Under the pieces are notes generated by a model, which had not been told where the DNA came from, ran no database searches, and saw only the letters and a program-made list of their open reading frames with translations. DNA of 63,791 bases, the filler included, from Leucoraja erinacea (lineage: Eukaryota), in assembly GCF_028641065.1 (NCBI RefSeq). It is 3 parts of 3 records of this genome, joined end to end, with 100 filler letters (N's around TTAATTAATTAA, not from the genome) between each part and the next. Parts side by side here need not be neighbours in the genome. Positions count along the whole stretch, not along the records: positions 1 to 31,932 come from NW_026575785.1; 2 more parts are not named here. The stretch is one strand, 5' to 3'. The position numbers and the translations under genes were made by a program. The first letter of the stretch is position 1. Each line of letters starts with the position of its first letter. This document shows positions 14,401 to 26,148 of this stretch, in pieces.

Positions 14401-15072
14401 GGGAGTCCAGAACCAGGGGCCACACACACACACACACAGTTTAAGAATAAGGGGTTTAAGAATAACAATGCGGAAAGATTGAAAAGACTAGGCTTGACTT
14501 CAGAATTAAGGGACAGAAGTTTAGGGGTAACATGAGGGGGAACTTCTTTACTCAGAGAGTGGTAGCGGTGCGGAATGAGCTTCCAGTGGAAGTGGTGGAG
14601 GCAGGTTCGTTGGTATCATTTAAAAATAAATTGGATAGGCATATGGATGAGAAGGGAATGGAGGGTTATGGTATGAGTGCAGGCAGGTGGGACTAAGGGG
14701 AAAAAGTTGTTCAGCACGGACTTCTAGGGCCGAGATGGCCTGTTTCCGTGCTGTAATTGTTATATGGTTATATGGTATTCACTGGAGTTTAGAAGGATTA
14801 GGGGACTGAGATGGATGATCAGCCATGATCATATTGAATGGCGAATGGTGCAGGCTCGAAGGGCCGAATGGCCTCTACTCCTGCACCTAATTTCTATGTT
14901 TCTATGAACGAGGTCTGATTAACACGTTGGCCGGGCTCACCTCAACGGAGCTGCAGGTCTAATAGACACAGGACAGAAGAAGTAGAAGGAACAACTCACC
15001 ACTTTGATTGCTGGCAAACGCATCTACGATCGAAACAAACGCATGAAGAATGGCCACGAGAGTCCCTCTCAT
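5439..15072 (-). CDS. MHC W-category beta chain (WB-like), complete, about 294 aa, 7 coding exons: 15072-15000 leader, 13166-12897 beta1, 11597-11328 beta2 IgC1, 9486-9373 CP/TM, 8394-8365, 6632-6534, 5467-5439 cytoplasmic/stop
   Basis: All exons have canonical AG/GT ends, all introns are phase 1, and the frame is open to TAA. Leader [20 protein letters not shown]. beta1 [11 protein letters not shown]...DGYDGE...LCDKIK resembles class I alpha2. beta2 [10 protein letters not shown]...VSW...[10 protein letters not shown]...[10 protein letters not shown] resembles class I alpha3. [23 protein letters not shown] has a GxxxGxxG pattern. Confidence 0.88.
5671..7517 (+). mobile_element. CR1/HER1 LINE 3' fragments flanking the WB exon 6534-6632
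   Basis: ORF2 C-terminal peptides, e.g. ORF 6660-7424. Confidence 0.85.
8600..9180 (+). repeat. Tandem reiteration of a ~100-110 nt CR1 ORF2 segment
   Basis: Repeated GGAGCAAAGAGGTCCTTCTGCAGTTGTACAGGGCCCTGGTGAGACCACACCTGGAGTATTG. Confidence 0.85.
9605..10260 (+). mobile_element. Rex1/Babar-like LINE 3' fragment
   Basis: [21 protein letters not shown]...[13 protein letters not shown]...[15 protein letters not shown]. Confidence 0.8.
10262..11245 (+). mobile_element. CR1/HER1 LINE with RT C-terminus
   Basis: [12 protein letters not shown]...[16 protein letters not shown]. Confidence 0.92.
11328..11597 (-). CDS. WB beta2 exon (IgC1, class I alpha3-like)
   Basis: 270-nt exon [38 protein letters not shown]...[11 protein letters not shown]...[18 protein letters not shown]. 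Confidence 0.93.
12240..12760 (+). mobile_element. Rex1/Babar-like LINE 3' fragment
   Basis: [35 protein letters not shown]. Confidence 0.8.
12897..13166 (-). CDS. WB beta1 exon (groove domain, class I alpha2-like)
   Basis: 270-nt phase 1/1 exon; H-x5-GC start, GYDG motif and a distal Cys forming the MHC groove disulfide pattern. Confidence 0.88.
13617..14320 (+). mobile_element. CR1/HER1 LINE 3' fragment
   Basis: ORF2 C-terminal peptide plus 3' tail. Confidence 0.88.
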
Positions 15073-15265
15073 CTTCAGGAGCAGCAAAGGATTCTCGATC
15101 AGCCCGAGTCGACTGGGAACGTGAATGAACTGAGACGGGAGTTTCAGATAGAAGCAACGTAAACAACTCCACCCACTTGAAACAGACACCAGACTGTTTG
15201 GCAATAAATCTGTGACGGGAAATGTACGTCCTGCCTGTGGGCGGGGCGGTGAGGAGTGAACGCAG

Positions 15266-16136
15266 ATTTGAGTCTAGGAGCAGGGAGGTTCTACTGCAGT
15301 TGTACAGGGTCTTGGTGAGACCACACCTGGAGTATTGCGTGCAGTTTTGGCCTGTTGGCCTTCATCACAAGAGGAGTCGAATATACGAGTACGGGATACT
15401 GAGTTGGATGATCAGCCATGATCATATTAAATGGCGGTGCAGGCTCGAAGGGCCGAATGGCCTACTCCTGCACCTAATTTCTATGTTTCTATAGGAGCAA
15501 AGAGGGGTCCTTCTGCAGTTGTACAGGGCCCTGGTGAGACCACACCTGGAGTATGGAGTACAGTTTTGCTCTCCAAATCTGAGGAAAGACATTCTTGCCA
15601 TAGAGGGAGTACAGAGAAGGTTCACCAGACTGATTCCTGGGATGTCAGGACTTTCATATGAAGAAAGACTGGATAGACTCGGCTTGTACTCGCTGGAATT
15701 CAGAAGATTGAGGGGGGATCTTATAGAAACTTACAAAATTCTTAAGGGGTTGGACAGGCTAGATGCAGGAAGATTGTTCCCGATGTTGGGGAAGTCCAGA
15801 ACAAGGGGGCCACACACACAGTTTAAGGATAAGGGGGAAATCTTTTAGGACCGAGATGAGATGAGAAAAACATTTTTTTTCACACACACACACAGAGTGG
15901 TGAATCTGTGGAATTCTCTGCCGCAGAAGGTAGTTGAGGCCACACAGTTCATTGGCTATATTTAAGAGGGAGTTAGATGTGGCCCTTGTGGCTAAAGGGA
16001 TCAGGGGGTATGGAGAGAAGGCAGGGATGGGATACTGAGTTGGATGATCAGCCATGATCATATTGAATGGCGAATGGTGCAGGCTCGAAGGGCCGAATGG
16101 CCTCTACTCCTGCACCTATTGTCTATGTTTCTATGT
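15266..16136 (+). mobile_element. CR1/HER1 LINE fragments between WB and WA
   Basis: ORF 15519-15848. Confidence 0.88.
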
Positions 16137-16951
16137 TGCCTCTCCCCTCTCCCCCTCCCTCTTTCTCTCCCCCCATCTTTCACACTCTCCCCTCCCTTTC
16201 CTCCCCATCTTTCCCTCTCTCTCGCCTCCCTCTCTCTCCTTTCTCCTGCAAAATTCTTAAGGGGTTGGACAGGCTAGATGCAGGAAGATTGTTCCCTAAT
16301 CCCTTTAGCCACAAGGGCCACATCTAACTTGTAACTAGCTTCAATAAAGAGACTGGGTTATACCGATCCTACACATGCGGTGGAGAGAAAGCAGGTACAG
16401 GATACTGAGTTGGATGATCAGCCATGATCATATTGAATGGCGAATGGTGCAGGCTCGAAGGGCCGAATGGCCTCTACTCCTGCACCTATTTTCTATGTTC
16501 CTATACTTAAATCCTTTGTTATGAATGCTAATATATCATTTGCTTCCAGTCTTTCTTCATATGAAAGTCCTGACCACTAGCGTGTCCACACCCAAAGCAA
16601 CACGGATAAGCATTTATTCTCTCACAATAGGCCCGTGATCAGGGCCGGATATACGTATAGGCTTCACAAACTTAATCTTAGGGCCTCGAGATCTAGGGGG
16701 GGCCTCGGGCAGGGCTGGATTTACCTATCGGCTTTCATAGACTGATTGGAACGGGCCTTACATAGGGGATTGAGAGTGGCCTCACCAAATCCGGCCCTGC
16801 CCGTGAAAAAGCTTGTCGCTCATTGAGGTGAATGCAAACATTCCATGACACGCACCTTGGCATGAAGGAATGGAGACATGAGGAACTGCGAATGACAACA
16901 CACAATGGTTTTTCGAAAGGCAACAATGTCCTCTTCATAAAATAAGTGACT

Positions 16952-17032
16952 GGGGAAGTTCCCGAAAGTAATTCTTTTGAACCTGAGCCAAGTTAGGTTT
17001 GGCCCTCGCCCCTAGCAATTAATATTGATTGT
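16952..17032 (+). promoter_or_regulatory. Candidate WA proximal promoter: NF-kB site plus X1-like box
   Basis: GGGGAAGTTCCC at 16952-16963 matches GGGRNNYYCC; CCCCTAGCAA at 17009-17018 resembles the MHC X1 (RFX) box; about 140-200 nt upstream of the ATG. Confidence 0.4.
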
Positions 17033-17156
17033 GAAATGCGTGGTACATAACTCGGCTTAACTTACGGGAGGTTTTGTGGGTTGTTCCCTGCACCTGCTAA
17101 AACTCTTCGCGATGTTTGCTAACCAGGAGATCCTCTGTACAAGTCTCCGGGGGAAC

Positions 17157-20100
17157 ATGGGTCTCAGAGGCTTGCTAACGGCCCTGCTGTCTCTGGCTGC
17201 AGCCGTGGCAGAGATTGGTGAGTAGGAAGCTTACAAGATTGGGGCAAAAAATGCTGGAGTAACTCAACATTTTGGGACAGGCAGCATCTCTGGACAGAAG
17301 GAACAGGCAACGTTTTGGGTCGGGGTCCTTGTTCAGACATACTTTTGGTTAATGGTATCAACAGTAGACAAAAGGGGCAGGAGTAGAGGCCATTCGGCCC
17401 TTCGGGCCAGCACTGCCATTCAATGTGATCATGGCTGATCATCCCCAATCAGTACCCCGTTCCTGCCTTCTCCCCTGACTCCGCTATCTTTAAGAACCCT
17501 ATCTAGCTCTCTCTTGATCACGGCCGATCATCCACAATCAGTACCCCGTTCCTGCCTTCTCCCCATACCCCCTAACTCCGCTATCTTTAAGAGCCCTATC
17601 TAGCTCTCTCTTGAAAGAATCCTCTCCAGATAACCGGCCTCCACCACCCTCTGAGGCAGAGAATTCCACAGACTCACCACACTCTGTGAGAAAAAGTGTT
17701 TCCTCGTCTCCGTTCTAAATGGCCGACCCCTTATTCTTAAACTGTGTGTGTGTGTGGCCCCTGGTTCTGGACCCCCCCAACATCTGGAAAAGATGTGGAA
17801 TGCGGAACAGAATTCCACAGACTCGCCACTCTCTGTGAGAAAAAGTGTTTCCTCGTCTCCGTTTTAAATGGCTTACTCCTTAGAAACATAGAAAATAGGT
17901 GCAGGAGTAGGCTATTCGGCCCTTCGAGCCTGCACCGCCATTCGATATGATCATGGCTGATCATCCAACTCAGTATCCCATTCCTGCCTTCTCTCCATAC
18001 CCCCTGATCCCCTTAGCCACAAGGGCCACATCTAACTCCTTATTCTTAAACTGTGTGTGTGGCCCCTGGTTCTGGACTCCCCCAACACCGGGAACATGTT
18101 TCCTGCCTCTAGCGTGTCCAAACCCTTAAAAATCTTATATGTTTCAATGAGATACCCTCTCATCCTTCTAAACTCCAGAGTGTACAAGCCCAGCCGCTCC
18201 ACATTCTCTCAGCATATGACAGTCCCGCCATCCCGGGAATTAACCTGGTGAACCTACGCTGGGCTCCCTCAATAGCAAGAATGTCCTTCCTCAAATTAGG
18301 GGACCAAAACTGCACACAATACTCCAGGTGTGGTCTCACCAGGGCCCTGTACAACTGCAGAAGGACCTCTTTGCTCCTATACTCGACTCCTCTTGTTTTG
18401 AAGGCCAACAGGCCAAAACTGCACACAATACTCCAGCTGTGGTCTCACCAGGGCCCTGTACAACTGCAGAAGGACCTCTTTGCTCCTATACTCAACTCCT
18501 CTAGTTTTGAAGGCCAACAGGCCAAAACTACACACAATACTCCAGGTGTGGTCTCACTAGGGCTCTGTTCAACTGCAAATGAGGGGTCCTTTGCTCCATA
18601 GATGCTGCTTCACCCGCTGAGTTTCTCCAGCGCTTTTGACTTGACTAACATTATCGATTCTCTTCTCCGACATTCTCTCGCCCCCCCCACCAGAGATCGA
18701 GACGGTGTCCGAGCATTTCGTCTACGGGCGGAGCACGTCGGGCTCGGAGAAGACTCTGGACATCCTCAGCGTGAACTCTGTGCCCTTCCTCGCCTACGAC
18801 CACGAGGCGCGCGCCTTCTCCATCAACGGCCAGGCCACGGACGGGAGGGAGGAGCTGGGCGAGGAGGAGGTGACCTACTTTGTGCAGAGGGCCGAGGGGT
18901 TTCAGAACCAAATCCGGAGCGACATGAGTGAGCTGGCGGCCGGCAACGATAACCAACCCATCGGCAGCAGTAAGTGGGCGTGCGAGGAAATTGGAGGCCT
19001 CTTCTTGCGAATGAATCGTAAATAAACCAAAGGAATGTAGACAAAAAGTGCTGGAGCAACTCGGCGGGTGAGGCAGCATCTATCTAAATGGCGTCATGTT
19101 GGGAAAAGGGGATCTGGGGGGGTCCTTGTACATCAGTCTATGAAAGTAAGCATGCAGGTACAGCAGGCAGTGAAGAAAGCCAATGGCATGTTGAGAGAGT
19201 ACAGAGGAGATTTACTAGAATGTTGCCTGGGTTTCAGCAACTAAGTTACAGAGAAAGGTTGAACAAGTTAGGGTTTTATTCTTTGGAGCACAGAAGGTTA
19301 AGGGGGCACTTGATAGAGGTCTTTAAAATGATGAGAGGGATAGACAGAGTTGACGTGGAAAAGCTTTTCCCACTGAGAGTAGGGAAGATTCAAACAAGGG
19401 GACATGACTTGAGAATTAAGGGACTGAAGTTTAGGGGTAACATGAGGGGGAACTTCTTTACTCAGAGAGTTGTAGCTGTGTGGGATGAGCTTCCAGTGAA
19501 GGTGGTGGAGGCAGGTTCGTTTTTTATCATTTAAAAGTAAATTGGATAGTTATATGGATGGGAAGGGAATGGAGGGTTATGGTCTGAGCGCAGGTATATG
19601 GGACATGGGGAGATTATGTGTTCGGCACGGACTAGAAGGGTCGAGATGGCCTGTTTCCGTGCTGTAATTGTTATATGGTTATATGTTGGCCTTCATAACA
19701 AGAGGAATCGAATATAGGAGCAAAGAGGTCCTTCTGCAGTTGTACAGGGCCCTAGTGAGACCACACCTGGAGTATCGTGTGCAGTTTTGGCCTGTTGGCC
19801 TTCATAACAAGAGGAGTTGAGTATAGGAGCAAAGAGGTCCTTCTGCAGTTGTTTCCTGCCTCTAGCGTGTCCAAGCCCTTAAAATAATCTTATATGTTTC
19901 AATACGATATCCCCTCATCCTTCTAAACTCCAGAGTGTACAAGCCCACAGCCGCTCCATTCTCTCAGCATATGACAGTCCCGCCATCCCAGGAATTAACC
20001 TGGTGAACCTACGCTGGGCTCCCTCAATAGCAAGAATGTCCTTCCTCAAATTAGGGGACCAAAACTGCACACAATACTCCAGGTGTGGTCTCACTAGGGC

Positions 20101-23100
20101 TCTGTACAACTGCAGAAGGACCTCTTTGCTCCTATACTCAACTCCTCTTGTTATGAAGGCCAACAGGCCATAACTGCACACAATACTCCAGGTGTGGTCT
20201 CACTAGGGCCCTGTACAACTGCAGAAGGACCTCTTTGCTCCTATTTTCGATTCCTCTTGTCAAAGCCTCACCTCTTGTTGCAGAGAAACCGATCGCCCAC
20301 ATCTACACAGAAGAGGACTACGTCCTGCAGAGAGCCAACACCCTGTACTGTTTCGCCGAGAGGTTCTACCCTTTCGAGATTGAGCTCCAGTTCCTGGTCA
20401 ACGGCCAACCCTTCACCGGCCCCGTACACTCGTCCCCACTGCTGGTCGAGAGAGACTGGACCTTCAACATCCTGAAGTACATCCGCATCGAGCCTCAACG
20501 CGGGGACACTTTCAGCTGCCTTGTGGCTCACGTCAGCCTCGATAAAGCCCTGACCCTCTCGCTTGGTAAGTGGCTCAGTTTGGTTTGTTGTCACGATGTG
20601 GTGGCCGATTGGGAAAGGGGGAGATGCAGCGAGACCTGGGTGTCATGGTACACCAGTCATTGAAGGTAGGCATGCAGGTGCAGCAGGCAGTAAAGAAAGC
20701 GAATGGTATGTTAGCTTTCATAGCAAAAGGATTTGAGTCTAGGAGCAGGGAGGTTCTACTGCAGTTGTACAGGGTCTTGGTGAGACCACACCTGGAGTAT
20801 TGCGTACAGTTTTGGTCTCCAAATCTGAGGAAGGACATTATTGCCAAAGAGGGAGTGCAGAGAAGGTTCACCAGACTGATTCCTGGGATGTCAGGACTGT
20901 CTTATGAAGAAAGACTGGATAGACTCGGCTTGTACACGCTAGAATTTAGAAGATTGAGAGGGGATCTTATAGAAATTTACAAAATTCTTAAGGGGTTGGA
21001 CAGGCTAGATGCAGGAAGATTGTTCCCGATGTTGGGGAAGTCCAGGACAAGGGGTCACAGCTTAAGGATAAGGGGGAAATCCTTTAAAACCGAGATGAGA
21101 CGAACTTTTTTCACACAGAGAGTGGTGAATCTCTGGAACTCTCTGCCACAGAGGGTAGTTGAGGCCAGTTCATTGGCTATATTTAAGAGGGAGTTAGATG
21201 TGGCCCTTGTGGCTAAAGGGATCAGGGGGTATGGAAAGAAGGCAGGTACGGGATACTGAGTTGGATGATCAGCCATGATCATATTGAATAGCGGTGCAGG
21301 CTCGAAGGGCCGAATGGCCTACTCCTGCACCTAATTTCTATGTTTATATGTTTCTATGTTGTCAAAAGGGGAGATGCTACGAGACCTGGGTGTCATGGTA
21401 CACCATTCATTGAAAGTAGGCATGCAGGTGCAGCATGCAGTTATACATAGAAACATAGAAATTAGGTGCAGGAGTAGGCCATTCGGCCCTTCGGCCGACC
21501 CCTTTATTCTTAAACTGCGTGTGTGGCCCCTGGTTCTGGCCTCCCCCAACATCTGGAACAGATGTGGAATGTGGAACAGAATTCCGCAGACTCACAACTC
21601 TCTGGGTGGAAAGGTTTCTCCTCATCTCAGTCCTAAATGGCCACAGATTCACACAACTCTCTGGGTGGAAAAGTTTCTCCTCGTCTCCGTTCTAAATGGC
21701 CGCCCCCCCTTATTCCTAAACTGCGTGTGGCCCCTGGTTCTGGACTCCCCCAAAATCGGGAACATAGAAACATAGAAAATAGGTGCAGGAGTAGAGGCCA
21801 TTCGGCCCTTTGAGCCTGCACCGCCATTCAATATGATCATGGCTGATCATCCAACTCAGTATCCTGTACCTGCCTTCTCTCCATACCCCCTGATCCCTTT
21901 AGCCACAAGGGCCACACCTAACTCCCTCTTAAATATAGCCAATGAACTGTGGCCTCAACTACCTTCTATGGCAGAGAATTCCACAAATTCACCACTCTCT
22001 GTGTTGGAAAAAAAATGTTTTTCTCATCTCGGTCCTAAAAGGTCGGGGTGGGACTAGTGTAGAGGGGACATGTTGGTCGGGGTGGGACTAGTGTAGACGG
22101 GGCATGTTGGTCGGGGTGGGACTAGTGTAGATGGGGCATGTTGGTCGGGGTGGGACTAGTGTAGATGGGGCATGTTGGTCGGGGTGGGACTAGTGTAGAT
22201 GGGGCATGTTGGTCGGGGTGGGACTAGTGTAGGGGGGGCATGTTGGTCGGGGGGGGACTAGTGTAGATGGGGCATGTTGGTCGGGGTGGGACTAGTGTAG
22301 ATGGGGCAACACAGAGGAGGGGTGGGACTAGTGTAGATGGGGCATGTTGGTCAGGGTGGGACTACTGTAGATGGGGCATGTTGGTCGGGGGGGGACAAGG
22401 TGTAGATGGGGCATGTTGGTCGGGGTGGGACTAGTGTAGATGGGGCATGTTGGTCAGGGGGGGGACTAGTGTAGATGGGGCATGTTGGTCGGTGTGGGAC
22501 TAGTGTAGATGGGGCATGTTGGTCGGGGTGGGACTAGTGTAGCTGGGACATGTTGGCCGGCGTGGGCAAGTTGGGCCGAAGGGCTTGTTTCAAGCTGGAT
22601 AGAGTGGATGTGGAGAGGATGTTTCCACTAGTGGGAGGTCCAGGACTAGAGGTCACAGCCTCAGATTTAAAGGACGTGCTTATAGGAAAGAGATGAGGAG
22701 AAATTTATTTAATCAGAGGGTGGTGAATCTGTGGGATTCGTTGCCACACAGACGGCGGTGGAGGCCACAAGTCAGTGGATATATTTAAGGCAGAGATAGA
22801 TAGATTGTTGATGAGTGCGAGTGTCAGGGGTTATGGGGAGAAGGCAGGAGAATGGGGTTGGGAGGGAGAGATAGATCAGCCGTGATTGAATGTCGGAGTA
22901 GACTTGATGGGCCGAATGGCCTAATCCTGCACCAGCATTCCCTTTGCACATCCGATTTTGGGATTCTCTCCCCATTTATAAAGCAGTCTACTCCGACTAA
23001 CAAAATCCATGACTCTACCAAGATTTGTGATAGGACTCTAAGGGATATTGGGCCTAAGGGGATGGCACTGCATGTGACAAATGATATGTAGACCGCATGT

Positions 23101-26100
23101 AATAAGGAATTAACATGCCGTCTTGATTTTTTCTGCAGATCGGCCTACTCGAACACCCATCTCGGGGATCGTTGTCTGTGTGGTCGGAGTTCTTGTGGGA
23201 GTTCTTGGGCTAATGCTAACCTTGTACTTGGGCAGAGAGATACACAAAAGGTAAGATCAAAGGGCCATAAGCCGAATTAGGCCATTCGGCCCATCGAGTC
23301 TACTCCACCATTCAATCACGGCTGATAGAGGGAGTACAGAGAAGGTTGACCAGACTGATTCCTGGGATGGCAGGACTTTCATCTGAAGAAAGGCTGGATA
23401 GACTCGGCTTGTACACGCTAGAATTTAGAAGATTGAGGGGGGATCTTATAGAAGGGGTTGGACAGGAAGATTGCTCCCGATGTTGGGGAAGTCCAGAACA
23501 AGGGGTCACAGTTTAAGGATAAGGAGGAAATCTTTTAGGACCGAGATGAGGAAAAAAAAATTCACACAGAGAGTGGTGAATCTGTGGAATTCTCTGCCAC
23601 AGTAGGTAGTTGAGGCCACACAGTTCATTGGCTATATTTAAGAGGGAGTTAGATGTGGCTCTTGTGGCTAAAGGGGTCAGTGGGTATGGAGAGAAGGCAG
23701 GTACGGGATACTGAGTTGGATGATCAGCCGTGATCATATTGAATGGCGAATGGTGCAGGCTCGAAGGGCCGAATGGCCTCTACTACTGCACCTATTTTCT
23801 ATGTATCTATGTATATTTAAGAGGGAGTTAGATGTGGCCCTTGTGGCTAAAGGGCTCAGGAGGTATGGAGAGAAGGCAGGTACAGGATACTGAGTTGGAT
23901 GATCAGCCATGATCATATTGAATGGTGAATGGCGCAGGCTCGAAGGGCCGAATGGCCTCTACTCCTGCTAGTTTCTAGTTTCTATATGTTTCTATGATCT
24001 ATCTCTCCCTCCCAACCCCATTCTCCTGCCTTCTCCCCATAACCCCTGACACCCGCACTCATCAACAATCTATCTATCTCTGCCTTAAATATATCCACTG
24101 ACTTGTGGCCTCCACCGCCGTCTGTGGCAACGAATCCCACAGATTCACCACCCTCTGGCTAAAGAAATTCCTCCTCATCTCCTTCCGATAAGCACATCCT
24201 TTAATTCTGAGGCTGTGCCCTCTAGTCCTAGACTCTCCCACTAGTGGAAACATCCTCTCCACATCCACTCTATCCAGGCCTGTACGTTTCAATGAGGTCC
24301 TCCCCCCCCACCTCCTCAATCTTCTAAACTCCTGCGAGTACAGGCCCAGTGCCGACAACCGCTCATCATAGGTTAGAGTTTGTCCAGCATCTACCATCGA
24401 TTTTTCAAGCAGTTCTTTGTTAATCATAGGTCAACCCACTCATTCCTGGGATCATTCTTGTAAACCTCCTCTGGGCCTTCTCCAGAGCCAGCACACCCTT
24501 CCTCAGATACAGGGCCCAAAACTGCTCACAATCCACCAAATGCTGGCCTTATAGAGCTGTTTTTGTATACAAGCCCTCTTGAAATAAATGCCAGCATTCG
24601 GTTTGCTTTCTTTACAACCGATTCAATAGACAATAGACAATAGATGCAGGAGTAGAGGCCATTCGGCCCTTCGAGCCAGCACCGCCATTCAATGTGATCA
24701 CGGCTGATCATCCACAATCGGTACCCCGTTCCTGCCTTCTCCGCATATCCCCTGACTCCGATATCTTTAAGAGCCCTATCCAGCTCTCTCTTCAAAGCAT
24801 CCAGAGAACCGGCCTCCACCGCCCTCCGAGGCAGAGAATTCCACAGACTCACAACTCTCTGCGAGAAAAAGTGTTTCCTCGTCTCCGTTCTAAATGGCCG
24901 ACTCCTTATTCTTAAACTGTGGCCCCTGGTTCTGGACTCCCCCAACATCGGGAACACGTTTCCTGCCTCTAGCGTGTCCAAGCCCTTAATAATCTTACAT
25001 GTTTCAATGAAATTCCCTCTCATCCTTCTAAACTCCAGAGTGTACAAGCCCAGCCGCTCCATTCTCTCAGCATATGACAGTCCCGCCATCATGGGAATTA
25101 ACCTGGTGAACCTATGCTGGGCTCCCTCAATAGCAAGAATGTCCTTCCTCAAATTAGGGGACCAAAACTGTACACAATACTCCAGGTGTGGTCTCACTAG
25201 GGCCCTGTATAACTGCAGAAGGACCTCTTTGCTCCTATAGTCAACTCCTCTTGTTATGAAGGCCAACGGGCCAAAACTGTACACAATACTCCAGGTGTGG
25301 TCTCACCAGGGCCCTGTACAACTGCAGAAGGGCCTCTTTGCTCCTATGCTCAAATCCTCTTGTTATGAAGGCCAACGGGCCAAAACTGCACACAATACTC
25401 CAGGTGTGGTCTCACCAGGGCCCTGTACAACTGCAGAAGGACCTCTTTGCTCCTAGACTCAACTCCTCTTGTTATGAAGGCCAACAGGCCAAAACTGCAC
25501 ACAATACTCCAGGTGTGGTCTCACCAGGGCCCTGTACAACTGCAGAAGGACCTCTTTGCTCCTGTACTCAACTCCTCTTGTTATGAAGGCCAACGGGCCA
25601 AAACTGCACACAATACTCCAGGTGTGGTCTCACCAGGGCCCTGTACAACTGCAGAAGGGCCTCTTTGCTCCTATATTCGATTCCTCTTGTTATAAAGGCC
25701 AACATGCCATTGGCTTTCTTCACTGCCTGCTGTACCTGCATGCTTACTGTCATAGACTGATGAACAAGGACCCCCAGATCCCGTTGTACTTCCTGTTTTC
25801 CCAACTTGCAGATGAACCTTTTTGGGAATTCTGCAACAGGATTCTGCAATATGTGTTCATTATCAACCTTATCCCACTACATGTATTTGTTTGGGGAATT
25901 CTGCAACAGCATTCCCTTTGCACATCTGATTCAGGATTCTCTCCCCATTTAGTAGTCTGCACCTTTACTCCGACTACCAAAATCCATGACTCTACCAAAA
26001 TTTGTGAAAGGACTGTGGGTCGGTGGTTTAACTCAGTGACTAACCTGACTTTCTCTTTTACTTTGACATTTTCTGCAGGAACGTGGCTGAAATCCCTGTT

Positions 26101-26148
26101 CATAAGATTATGAAAATTGAAGGCCTGAAAAAGGAAAATCCAAAATAG
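17157..26148 (+). CDS. MHC W-category alpha chain (WA-like), complete, about 266 aa, exons 17157-17217 leader, 18694-18969 alpha1, 20284-20565 alpha2 (beta2m-like IgC1), 23139-23250 CP/TM, 26079-26148 cytoplasmic/stop
   Basis: Canonical splice sites with compatible phases. Leader [19 protein letters not shown] (an in-frame upstream ATG exists at 17112). alpha1 has no Cys. alpha2 KPIAHIYT...[23 protein letters not shown]...[14 protein letters not shown]...[29 protein letters not shown] fits the class II alpha CxxGxxxGxxG motif. AATAAA at 26165-26170. The last exon is the least certain. Confidence 0.88.
18694..18969 (+). CDS. WA alpha1 exon (groove domain)
   Basis: 276-nt phase 1/1 exon [13 protein letters not shown]...[19 protein letters not shown]...; polypyrimidine-CAG acceptor and GTAAGT donor. 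Confidence 0.85.
20284..20565 (+). CDS. WA alpha2 exon (beta2-microglobulin-like IgC1)
   Basis: 282-nt exon; NTLYC, FYP, F in place of the C-strand Trp (FLVNG, compare beta2m LLKNG), DWTF (compare beta2m DWSF). Confidence 0.92.
20598..21360 (+). mobile_element. CR1/HER1 LINE 3' fragment
   Basis: ORF 20570-21259. Confidence 0.9.
22041..22560 (+). repeat. 34-bp G-rich minisatellite, about 15 copies
   Basis: Unit GGTCGGGGTGGGACTAGTGTAGATGGGGCATGTT, running into a LINE/SINE 3' tail. Confidence 0.93.
24625..25800 (-). mobile_element. CR1 LINE fragment with an internal 109-bp tandem array (about 25190-25690)
   Basis: ORF 24526-25284; repeated ORFs offset by 109 nt (25338, 25447, 25556). Confidence 0.88.

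Noticed and set aside
20284-20565. beta2-microglobulin gene
   Set aside because: It is flanked in frame by a groove-domain exon and a TM exon; true beta2m has neither
22041-22560. CRISPR-like array (also 48621-49320)
   Set aside because: Contiguous tandem units without unique spacers, in vertebrate DNA
25801-25815. Alternative WA terminal exon (CAG|ATGA)
   Set aside because: The acceptor lies at a LINE junction; 26079 has a better pyrimidine tract and a nearby AATAAA, though this is unproven
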